Made by a program: the position numbers and the translations under genes
Source: Haliotis rubra
Lineage: Eukaryota
Assembly: GCF_003918875.1 (NCBI RefSeq)
Contig: NW_025767035.1
Span: forward strand, 3,410,001-3,474,000
Length of the DNA: 64,000 bases
Reading direction: 5' to 3'
Shown: positions 1 through 12,319 of the stretch, piece by piece
Position numbering within the stretch: position 1 is the first letter of the stretch
How the letters are laid out: each line of letters starts with the position of its first letter
The notes under the pieces: generated by a model
The model's input: the letters and a program-made list of their open reading frames with translations, nothing else
Database searches by the model: none
What the model was told of the DNA's origin: nothing

Positions 1-3000
1 ATATCTCAGTAACCCCATACTCACCACTCTCATGTATCTCAGTATCCCCATACTCACCACTCTCATATATCTCAGTAGACCCTTACTCACAACTCTCATA
101 TATCTCAGTTAACCCATACTCACCACTTTCATATATCTCAGTAACCCCATACTCACCACTCTCACATTTCTCAATAACCCCTTACTCACCACTCTCATAT
201 ATCTCAGTAGCCCCATACTCACCACTCTCATATATCTCAGTAACCCCATACTCACCACTCTCATATATCTCAGTATCCCCATACTCACCACTCTCATATA
301 TCTCAGTAACTCCCATACTCACCACTTTCATATATCTCAGTAACCCCCATACTCACCACTTCTCATATATCTCAATAAACCCATACTAACACTCTCATAT
401 ATATCTCAGTAACCCCTTACTCACCACTTCTATATATATCTCAATAACCCCATACTCAACACTCTCTATATATCTCAATAACCCCATACTCACCACTCTC
501 ATATATCTCTCAGTATCCCCATACTCACCACTCTCATATATCTCAGTAACCCCATACACACCACACTCTCATATATCTCTAGTAGCCCCTTACTCACAAC
601 TCTCATATATCTCTAGTTAACCCATACTCACCACTTTCATATATATCTCAGTAACCCCATACTACCACTCTCACATTTCTCAATAACCCCTTACTCACCG
701 CCTCATATATCTCAGTAGCTCCCATACTCACCACTCTCATATATCTCAGTAACCCCATACTCACCACTCTCATATATCTCTAGTATCCCTATACTACCAC
801 TTCTCATATATCTCTAGTTAACCCATACTCACCACTTTCATATATCTCAGTAACCCCATACTACCACTCTCACATTTCTCAATAACCCCTTACTCACCAC
901 TCTCATATATCTCTCAGTAGCCCCATACTCTCACCACTCTCATATATCTCTAGTAACTCCATACTCACCACCTCATGTATCTCAGTATCCCCCATACTCA
1001 CCACTCTCATATATCTCAGTAGACCCTACTCACAACTCTCATATATCTCAGTTAACCCATACTCACCACTTTCATATATCTCAGTAACCCCATACTCACC
1101 ACTCACATTCTCAATAACCCCTTACTCACCACTCTCATATATCTCAGTAGCCCCATACTCACCACTCTCATATATCTCAGTAACCCCATACTCACCACTC
1201 TCATATATCTCAGTATCCCCATACTCACCACTTCTCATATATCTCAGTTAACCCATACTCACCACTTTCTATATATCTCAGTAACCCCATACTCACCACT
1301 CTCTCATTTCTCTCAATAACCCCTTACTCACCACTCTCATATATCTCAGTAGCCCCATACTCACCACTCTCATATATCTCAGTAACCCCATACTCTCACC
1401 ACTCTCATGTATCTCAGTATCCCCATACTCACCACTCTCATATATCTCAGTAACCCCATACACACCACTCTCATATATCTCAGTAGTCCTTACTCACAAC
1501 TCTCTATATATCTCAGTTAACCCATACTACCACTTTCATATATCTCAGTAACCCCATACTACCACTCTCATATATCTCAGTAACCCTTACTATCACTCCC
1601 ATATATCTCAGTAGCCCCATACTCACCACTCTCATATATATCAGTAACTCCCATACTCACCACTCTCATATATCTCAGTAACCCTTACTCACAACTCTAT
1701 ATATCTCAGTAGTAACCCCTTACTCACCACTTCTCACATATCTCAGTAACCCCATACTCACCACTCTCATATATCTCAGTAACTCCATACTACCACTTTC
1801 ATATATCTCAGTAACTCCATACTCACCACTTTCATATATCTCCAGTAGTAACCTCATACTCACCACTCTCACATATCTCAGTAACCCCATACTCACCACT
1901 CTCATATATCTCAGTAACCCCATACTCACCACTAACATTTCTCAATAACTCCATACTCATCACTCTTACATATCTCAGTAACCCCATACTCACCACTCTC
2001 ACATTTCTCAATAACCCCATACTCACCACTCTTATATATCTCAGTAACTCCAAACTCACCACTCTCACATTTCTCAATAACCCCATACTCACCACTCTCA
2101 TATATCTCAGTAACCCCATACTCACCACTTTCATATATCTCGGTAACTGCATAATCACCACTTTCATATATCTCAGTAACCCCATACTCACCACTCTCAT
2201 ATATCTCAGTAGCCCCATACTCACACTCTCACATATCTCAGTAACCCCATACTACCACTCTCATATATATCTCAGTAACCCCATACTCACCTCTCTCATA
2301 TATCTCAGTAACCCCATACTACCACCACTCTCATATATCTCAGTAACCCCATACTCACCACTTTCTCATATATCTCAGTAACTGCATAATCACCACTTTC
2401 ATATATCTCAGTAACCCCATACTCACCACTCTCGAATTCTCAGTAAACCCATTCTCACCACTCTCACATTCTAAGTAACCCCATACTCACCACTCTCATT
2501 TATCGTAGTAACCTCATACTCACCACTTTCATATATCTCAGTAACTGCATAATCACCACTTTCATATATCTCAGTAACCCAATACTCACCACTCTCACAT
2601 TTCTCAATAACCCCTTACTCACCACTCTCATATATCTCAGTAACTGCATAATCACCACTTTCATATATCTCAGTAACCCCATACTCACCACTCTCATAAA
2701 TCGCAGTAACCCCATACTCACCACTTTCATATATCTCAGTAACTGCATAATCACCAGTTTCATATATCTCAGTAACCCCATACTCACCACTCTCACATTT
2801 CTCAGTAACCCCATACTCACCACTCTCATATATCTCAGTAACTCCATACTCACCACTCTCATATATCTCAGTAACCCCATACTCACCACTCTCACATTTC
2901 TCAATAACCCCATACTCACCACTTTCATATATCTCAGTAACTGCATATTCACCACTTTAATATATCTCAGTAACCCCATACTCACCACTCTCACATTTCT

Positions 3001-4326
3001 CAATAACTGCATACTCACCACTCTCATATATCTCAGTAGCCCCTTACTCACCACTCTCACATATCTCAGTAACCCCATACTCACCACTCTCATATATCTC
3101 AGTAACCCCATACTCACCACTCTCATATATCTCAGTAACCCCATACTCACCACTCTCATATATCTCAGTAACCCCATACTCACCACTTTCATATATCTCA
3201 GTAACTGCATAATCACCACTTTCATATATCTCAGTAACCCCATACTCACCACTCTCACATTCTCAGTAAACCCATTCTCACCACTCTCACATTCTCAGTA
3301 ACCCCATACTCACCACTCTCATATATCGCAGTAACCCCATACCCACCACTTTCATATATCTCAGTAACTGCATAATCACCACTTTCATATATCTCAGTAA
3401 CCCCATACTCACCACTCTCACATTCTCAGTAAACCCATTCTCACCACTCTCACATTCTCAGTAACCCCATACTCACCACTCTCATAAATCGCAGTAACCC
3501 CATACTCACCACTTTCATATATCTCAGTAACTGCATAATCACCACTTTCATATATCTCAGTAACCCCATACTCACCACTCTCACATTTCTCAATAACCCC
3601 TTACTCACCACTCTTATATATCTCAATAACTGCATAATCACCACTTTCATATATCTCAGTAACCCCATACTCACCACTCTCATATATCGCAGTAACCCCA
3701 TACTCACCACTTTCATATATCTCAGTAACTGCATAATCACCAGTTTCATATATCTCAGTAAACCCATACTCACCACTCTCACATTTCTCAGTAACCCCAT
3801 ACTTGGCACTCTCATATATCTCAGTAACTCCATACTCACCACTCTCATATATCTCAGTAACCCCATACTCACCACTCTCACATTTCTCAGTAATCCCATA
3901 ATCACCACTTTCATATATCTCAGTAACCCCATACTCACCACTTTCATATATCTCAGTAACTGCATACTCACCACTCTCATATATCTCAGTAACCCCATAC
4001 TCACCACTCTCACATTCTCAGTAACCCCATACTCACCACTTTCATATATCTCAGTAACTGCATACTCACCACCCTCACATTCTCAGTAACCCCATACTCA
4101 CCACTCTCACATTCTCAGTAAACCCATACTCACCACTCTCACATTCTCAGTAAACCCATACTCACCACTCTCACATTCTCAGTAAACCCATACTCACCAC
4201 TCTCACATTCTCAGTAAACCCATACTCACCACTCTCACATTCTCAGTAACCCCATACTCACCACTCTCACATTCTCAGTAAACCCATACTCACCACTCTC
4301 ATATATCTCAGTAAACCCATACTCAC
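1..4326. repeat. 33-bp tandem satellite (about 130 copies in window, runs off left edge) in POMT2 intron 3
   Basis: Plus-strand unit ATATCTCAGTAACCCCATACTCACCACTCTCAT repeated continuously; it produces the spurious [11 protein letters not shown] ORFs; the array begins exactly at the exon-3 donor. Confidence 0.98.
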
Positions 4327-7300
4327 CACTCTCATGCCCACATAGTTGGTGCCTCCATACTCATCTCCAGGCTTGGCAAAGGGAAAACTGCCATCGTAAC
4401 CTGTTGTTACACCAGCCAAGCCAATAAGCATCTGTAAAATGATTAACACAGGTTTACACATAGTTCATGGACATGTTTATTGTAAGCCTGTACATACAAA
4501 ACAGTATATGGTTAGAATAGACGAGATCAGGGGGAAAGGTTTGCTGGCCTGGGCATTGTGTTCTTCGTAATGGCAGAGATCGATGGTCATGATATCAATC
4601 ATCAGATTGTTTGGTCCAGACATGATTACTTACAGACCGCCCGATTATAGCTGGAATATTGCTGAGTGCTGTGTCAAACGTAACTTCAACTGGGTCTGCC
4701 ACCCACCACCACCCTCCCCAGAAAAACAAAACTTGCACAAAACAACTAATTACCTGATAATGTTCTTTAGCATTGCACTTGTATTTTGTATCATGACATT
4801 CATGACTTTTCATGACATTTCATACTGTACAAGAAGTTGTCTGGGGATCACAATTTCAAATTGCATGTCTGTGTATGTTCTTCCTTCTGTTGAGGGGAGA
4901 CATCTTGTAACTAAAAGGTAACACTCGTCCTTTCTGAACTTAACCAAATCCACTTAGCCTGTCAAGATATGACTCTACTATGTGTTGCTAAATGCCCAAT
5001 CAACAGTTTACTGAATCATGTAACCATAGTGACGAAACAAATGCTGGGTTGAAAGTAGTGAGAACAATATTAACATCGTAAGTATATAAATTTATAATCA
5101 TAATTATCAAATACCTTATAATGATCAGAGTGCCATCTTGTGGTTATAGTAGGTGAATAGGTGAGTTTGGTTTTAAACCACTCTTAGCAATATTCCAGCA
5201 ATATCATGGCAGGGTACCTTTATTGAGAAGCATGTACAATGTGAATGAGCCTACCCCCCAATTATATTTACAAAGTAAGTGACTCCCTGCATGTCATGTA
5301 CAAAATCAATTTTTAAGCATAATTTTTAAATATTTTTATGTACAAAATTGCTGACCCCCTTGTACATGTGTACAAGATCCCCCAGAACAAAATGGCTGAA
5401 CCCCCATAAAATCATCATCACCACCACCCCCTAACCATAAATTATGAACGGTCCCTTATATCATTAGTTTCAGATTAAATCAGGTCAATTCAGATCAGAC
5501 TTGCCACTGAACTTGCTGGCATTGAAGATCAATCAATACCAGCATTATCAACATCATATTGATGTGACAAAGTTGAAAGCATCTTCTACTGCATTTCAAG
5601 CCCTTCATTATGTTCATATGCTGGTTGATTTGCAGTTCTCCTTAGCATTTTGCCAAAGTGTACCCCTGTAATTGGGACATATTAAATCATATTACTGTTT
5701 AACATGTCTAATAATTTTTTGGAAAAACATAGTTCTAGGTTGAAAACGGGTCACTTTTGTCACAGTTGGCTATCCCTTCACCTTCAGTCATAAGAAGGTA
5801 ACTTTTTAATGAACAGAAAATGACTCCTCGAAAAAGGCCATTTTTCCCCCCTATTTAATAGTATTGGGCGTGGACGTGGGCATGGGTGTGGGAACAATAT
5901 ATGTACTTGATACAGTCCTAAGACAAAACAATTTGTCTTCCACACCTGAATCCTGGAAACAGTGTGGAATACTGTTCTGTAAGATTTGATCATTATTTTC
6001 ATTACAGGATCTTAACCATGACATATTTCTTCTAAAAAAATTATTATATTTCTTGACAAGAATTTGGTACAATGAATTATTATATTTCCCCAGGGATGCA
6101 TTATATGCTTTCCCTGCATCCATATTATTCATTTGTACATATTGGATATTTATTTCTGTGTCAAGTAAAAGACTGCTAGTACTAGAATGATTTTTGTGTA
6201 CAGCTGCTACAGCATCATCAGGGGTGGAAGTAACTTTAAAATTGCTAGTGTACTCTGGCACAGTGGCACATGTAAAATCACTTGCCCTGATCATTTTTCC
6301 TCTATACCGTCCGTTTTCTTGTTGATTTTTTAAAATAAACAACATAATTAACAGTCAAAAGTCAACTGGACACCGGTACAGTGTGATATACAAATTTGCT
6401 TGCCCGACAGAAAAAAACACTGGACTGGGACGTCGGGCAATGGGTTATTTCCACCCCTGATCATCAAAAACCGCAGCATTACAAACCATTAACTACACCA
6501 AACACTAACAGTATTTCTCAAGTACATCTCCAGCTTGAGCAAGTCAATACCCTACCTGGGGAAATTGATATTGATTAGTGCTATTGACAATGAAGACATG
6601 ATTGACAGCTTGTTGGCTACATGTTTGCTCCTGTCAATCAATACAAAACATACATCATAGATGAAGATCAATACAGCCAGGCCTAACCACAAATACCAAG
6701 CAGAAGCCCTCAGCAACACAAGGATGGAACAACCGTCATATCCTGTCTCCACACTTTATTCATTTATATTATCTCCATTTTCCAACATAGCTTCTATAAC
6801 CAGCTCAGTTTCTCATATCAACCACTGAGGACAGACTTTCTCTTGCTCATGGCTCTGAAATCAACAACCCACCAAAATTGTTTGTTCTGAACACAGGTTC
6901 AGGATAGACCGATGCATTCAAACTGTTTCTATTGTACAAGTTGCATGAACATGTCCTCAATCATGTCAATATATAATTGATTAATAGTGCTGGCACATGA
7001 CTATTAATGAAGTGTTATGAAGGTACATTTGGCTGGAGAAGATGTTTTCTTGAGTACTAAGTAATTATGTCTCTTTGCTACAAGAACAAGTGTTTCCGGT
7101 GTTAGGAGAGGACAGAATCTTGGTTTAACATCAGCATTTATTTTAATGTTTAAGAGCGAATTTTAAAAAACCCCACATAAACAGATGCTGATTTTAATAA
7201 TATTAACAAATGTTTTAGTCCTACCAGGTGAGGCATATGTAAAACATATTCACTAAAACAGGTACTCAAATAGAAATTGCCCGAAAATCAAAAGTGTTCT

Positions 7301-10300
7301 CCCTCATATTAATGCTTATATCATGTGATGTGAGCTATACTGGAAACACCTAGCAAATGTTGAGGGGATCATCAGGCAAGATGGTGATATGGCTGCCTGT
7401 CTCATTCATGACAGAACAGCATATTGATTGATTTATTCAGTGTTGTGTCATTTCATTCACACTCAAAACAAAGTGATGGATAATCAAAATAGTGAATGGT
7501 TCCAAGGTATACATAAAAATGGAAAATGGAAGGGACAGATGATACACTGGCTGTGGATAAGTTCTGACTGTTCAACATGAAAGCAGAATGTGCTCCTGAA
7601 AAAATGATCATCATTGTTCATGTGGTGAAATTGGTTATCAAATGCATATCTAGCAAAATAGGCGATACAGGATTTGCAAAAGGGATGGTGCTTATAGTAC
7701 TCAATTTGAGGGTGCAATAACCATGATAACATGCCAGGTGTCTGAAAAAGGGAGTATACACATCCAGCATGCATTCTTTGATCCTGCCTGTGCACAATGA
7801 TATGGACAAAAAAAACTGACACAATGCTAGTTTTGCTGCCTATTACTGTTCCAACACTGTGCCATGTTTTCTTTTGTCTATATTATGTTTATGATAAATG
7901 ATATTATTACATGATTCAGGATAAGGCCTTATTTGTTTGTTCAAGTTTAAGCTTTACCTGTTAACCATGTTTGCATTTGTTGCCATGGTTACTGATACTA
8001 TGGTTGATTATTTACATTTTCTTACCTGGCATCAAAAATTGATCAACTCATTCAAAAGCCACAAAAAGCTTGTTGAGGAAGGAAATAAAACAATATCAGC
8101 TAGTCAACAGTATCAACAATACCAAATCTTGAAACCATGGATACAAGCACAAGTCTTTCGCCACAAGCATTCTCTTGATTGTTAAAGTATGCAATTTGTC
8201 CACAGGACTGATTACATGTATCACCAATAGTGTCTACCTGTAAAATCCTTGATCTATCTCTCTACATTCAGCGGTCCTCTCTAGTCATGCTAAGTTAGTA
8301 TGCTACAGAAACACATTTTGAAGACTCTTGAACATGGTTATAAATATCATGTATCATCATGATCATATGGACTAATGCCACGCAATCTTGATCATAGGGA
8401 CTTGTGCCATATTAGCATGACTATCAAGACTAACAGCACATAATCTTGATCATAAAGACTTATGACACATAATGAGACATATTCATGATCACAAGGACTA
8501 ACGACACATAATCTTGATCATAAAGACTTATGACACATAATGAGACATATTCATGATCATAGGGACTAATGACACATAATCTTGATAACAGGGACTAATG
8601 ACGTGTATTCATGATCATAGGGACTAATGACACATATTCATGATCATACGGACTACGGACACATCATCATGATAACAAGCTGTACCACTGTACATGCTAA
8701 AAGCCAAACTAAGCCTTAGTGTTGAGTCAGTCCTATATGCCCTGGGGCCCGGACAAGATGAAACAAGGTGGCTCTGTAAGAACCTGTTATCACAGGAAGC
8801 AAGTCCCAACTTTGTCCAAGCAGGGAGAGAACACTATGGATTACCTTGCCTAAGGGCGGATGCACATCAAAAAAGAAGGTCCGGTTGATATACCAGCTTC
8901 CCATTTTCCCAAAGTGGGTCTCATCCCAGCTGCAATGGAGAAGTATATCAATCATATGAGAGAAAAGCATGAGAGGTGGTTCTTAATGGTATAAGTTCCC
9001 TTGAAAGAATTAACTGAATGTAAAAGAACTTCATCACGATAATGAAACCATAAACTTGATAAAAAAACCAGTATTCAACATATTGCTCTTGGTCATTAAA
9101 TGATTAATAACTATAAGCAATGAACATGGCAAAGTCTTATTCAGTTCAAGGTACACTAGGTCAGTAGGTGTGTGTTCTAATATTCTACATCTTCTACAGT
9201 TTTCTATATGTTCTATTGCTATGATGGAAGTTGGATTGGCCTTGAACATTAGATATGATTATGGAAATGAACAAACTTGGCTAACATGGTCAAAGAAACA
9301 TGAAAACATTAGCAATCTAATATGGTCAGACATCAGACTCTCTGCATGCTTTGAAACAAGACTGTTTTACTTTCATCTGTATGCTTGATGGCGTGTCAGA
9401 CTAAAGTTTGATTCAAAATTAGTCAATAAAACAAATACGATAGTGGATATGAACTTATAAGTTATATCACTAGTCTTATTGCAGGAAGCATTTTGATAAT
9501 GGCCAGATAGTAAGTAAGTATTACATCGAATGAACCCTGTAATAATTTTTCCTCCTGCAGATCAACAATGCCTGACCAGTTATTTTCTTGTGTAGTTGTT
9601 TGTCTATATCACTGTATGTTGTTCAGTTCAGTGAAAATGGTAAAAACGAAAACCAAAACTGACAACTGTCTAAGTCTAACCAGAGTGGCCATTTATTAGA
9701 CATGTTAGACTTGCTTGTCCTGTCATTGTGCAAGAATATATCTGAATTATACACACTATTATCAGGTGATTTACACATCTAACAAACATACATATCTTAT
9801 CTCTACAATGTTTACAGCATTTACAGCATTACAAATATGTATACTAAATACTTTCATAATCCTCTCAAAATTGTTAATCCTATGTTAACATACGCCTGTA
9901 TAATCTTGTTATGGACATGTACTTGTTTACTCTTGTTTATAGTCTGTTTGCAGTGAAAATGTACTAACGAATTTCACTTTAAACAAAAAAGTAAATCAAA
10001 TAAAGTGAAATTAAGATTGCAAATCCTCATAATTTTACCTTGCCAATTGCATATATAAATCTCAGAATTCAACTTGGGATAAAAGTTGTTTAACAAACGA
10101 TCATAGATTCAAACCGCTATTATTAGTATAAATGTATTATTGTTTGTATTGCAAGGGGGGTAAGCACAGTAGTTGGATCAGTGGAACAAATGCATGTGTG
10201 GTATGTGATGAGATACAGTGTGTTTCATTTAATGTGCATACAATGTTAACAATGTTGATGCTGTATCGGTACAGATACTGATACCAAATGATAGGGAGTA

Positions 10301-11263
10301 CTGCACTTTACCGGGGTGCACTTTTTCAGATTAGTTAACGCTGCTGGGGTTCCCTAACCCTAACCCTAAGGATCGTAAAGGGTGCCTAACCCTAAACCCT
10401 AAGGATCGTAAAGGGTGACATGTACCCCAACCCTAAGAATCGTAAAGGGAGCAGTGAGGGCTGCGCCCAGTAAAATGCATTCTAGCCAAATGGTATGATA
10501 AATTCACTGCCACTGGGGACATTTATCAAGTTTTTAAGTATGATTGAAGCATTTTGTAGCATGATCAGTACATAGCATGTTATGAGAGGGGCCAAAACAT
10601 GGTTCTGAGAAACACAGGATTATGATGATTAAAAGAATATATATATATATATGTGTGTGTGTTGAAACTGGTGTGGATTCTACAGTTGAAGACAGCCAGT
10701 CACCCATTTTTTTCTTAAATCAATAAATATCATTTTCATGATACCAGAAGCAGATGCTCAAGTGTGTAAAACTGTTGCCATTTAGGGAGTTTAAAAAATG
10801 CTGAATTAACTCAGCATTGTAAAACCTCGTGGCTTACCCTCTCGGCTCATATGTAAATATACTGCAAATTGGTGGGTTCGGAATACTATTGAACTTACCA
10901 AACATGTTGAGGTAGCTCAATATTGTAAAGCCTTGTGAGTAACGACGCTAGGGAGAATAAACACAGGCATAAAAAGTAGGTTCTTGGTTCTCGGGGCGGG
11001 TACTCGTCGTCCTCATCTGACGACATATCACTGGGGGTCAACAGTCCGTCCCTGTTGAATCTCTTCCTCGCTGGCTTCTTGTCGCCATCGCCATGTCCAC
11101 CTGCCTCTTCGCTGTCATTGACTAGATGTGTTGGCTTCGAGTCTGCGTTTCCTTGATTTTGAGCTCCTTGGTTTTTAAATTCCTCCTCCTTCCCAATAGT
11201 TCCACCTTCCTTTTCCTTGCCACCTTTTCTTTTCCGAAGAGCCTGGGCATGTTTGGCCGACAT
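4327..11263 (-). CDS. POMT2: Protein O-mannosyltransferase 2, 5' part (coding exons 11263-10899, 8929-8845, 4431-4327; gene continues left of window)
   Basis: Spliced peptide ...[76 protein letters not shown] matches the PMT2-subfamily loop-1 signature with the catalytic DE motif. GT-AG sites are phase-consistent (2,0,0). Start codon [13 protein letters not shown] at 11263 is inferred. Confidence 0.95.
6219..6459. mobile_element. hAT-like MITE (241 bp)
   Basis: TIRs CAGGGGTGGAAGTAAC ... GTTATTTCCACCCCTG; imperfect 8-bp flanks AGCATCAT/ATCATCAA. Confidence 0.6.
8360..8665. repeat. Degenerate minisatellite (about 30-35 bp units) in POMT2 intron 2
   Basis: Recurrent GATCATAGGGACTAATGACACATA(ATCTT/TTCAT) motifs. 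Confidence 0.75.
10292..10486. mobile_element. Small non-autonomous DNA element containing CCCTAA telomere-like motifs
   Basis: Subterminal inverted match TGCACTTTACCGGG / CCCAGTAAAATGCA; internal CCCTAACCCTAACCCTAAGGATCGTAAAGGG repeats; CCAAATG on both flanks. Confidence 0.45.
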
Positions 11264-12319
11264 CGCTATGTTCGTTGTATCATAGAGCGTGCAGATATCT
11301 TCGATTTTATTGATGTTACCGTACACCTGATTTGTTTTCCCCGGCAGCAATACTGAGAGTTACCTGCCCTTGGGCAGTTGATGCAAAGATAGTTGGACGT
11401 GTGCAGACGTACTTTCGAATCAATTGTAACAAACATGTTTTCTAAAATTATTATTTTGTTTTATTATGAGACTAAAATGTGGGCTTCTAATTGTATTTGC
11501 CGTTAAGGAGGTCCATGTGACCACAAACGAAACACGAATGCAGCAGGTGACGACCTGTTGCTGTAAGGAGTTGGATAAGTGGTGTAATGTATGGTGGCAT
11601 AGTATGGTGGCTCATTCGGGCCATCGCTTTATCGCCCTGAAGAAATCTAGCCACCATCTCATTTTCTTGCATTTTGCATCATTATCAGTATGAAATATCG
11701 GTTTGTCGTTTATTTAAAGAATAATTGTCACACAACATTTTGCATATACTGAGGGCCTATTTCACTATTGGCTCCTTATTTCATGATATCATTGAAACAT
11801 TTATTGATATCACAAATGATATTTTTCGATATCACAATTTCATTTATGATACCTGAAGTTCTAATTTGTCACATCATTAAATGTTCTATTAAATTGTATT
11901 ATTAATTATTATATTATATCATTTACTAGAATTTCCGATAAATATTAGAATTCATTAAAATGTGATATCAATAAATGCATTATTGATAAATGAAATCAGG
12001 ATTAAATATTGGAACACATATTTACATCTAGTCCAAGTGTGAGAACAATTTGTTTTTTTCTCAGCAACATCTGAAAAGTATTTCTTGTTTTATCTGTACA
12101 CTGCACATCTCCATTGGTTCAACGGTGTGGTTAATTTGTTTACTCACCAGTTATCTAAAGCCCATATTGTTTTCATGACAGAGAGTACTGTTCATTTATT
12201 GTCCGTATTACGTACATATCACCCTGACCTAAAAAGAAGTTCTGTCACCAGCACATCGGATATGCTGCATTGAGAGGTTGACCTGCTTATAGGTTACACT
12301 GACCTAGCAGCCATCCGCC
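11264..12319. promoter_or_regulatory. Putative bidirectional promoter and 5' UTR region between POMT2 and GSTZ1
   Basis: About 1.06 kb separates two divergent start codons; transcription starts cannot be placed from sequence alone. Confidence 0.55.

Noticed and set aside
109-4013. Long repetitive ORFs ([11 protein letters not shown])n as a novel repeat protein
   Set aside because: They arise from a stop-free 33-bp satellite inside a POMT2 intron, with frames broken repeatedly.
5851-6345. 164-aa ORF in POMT2 intron 2
   Set aside because: No recognisable motifs, and it crosses a MITE boundary.
10354-10440. Telomere or chromosome-fusion remnant
   Set aside because: Only a few CCCTAA units, embedded in a small element within an intron.
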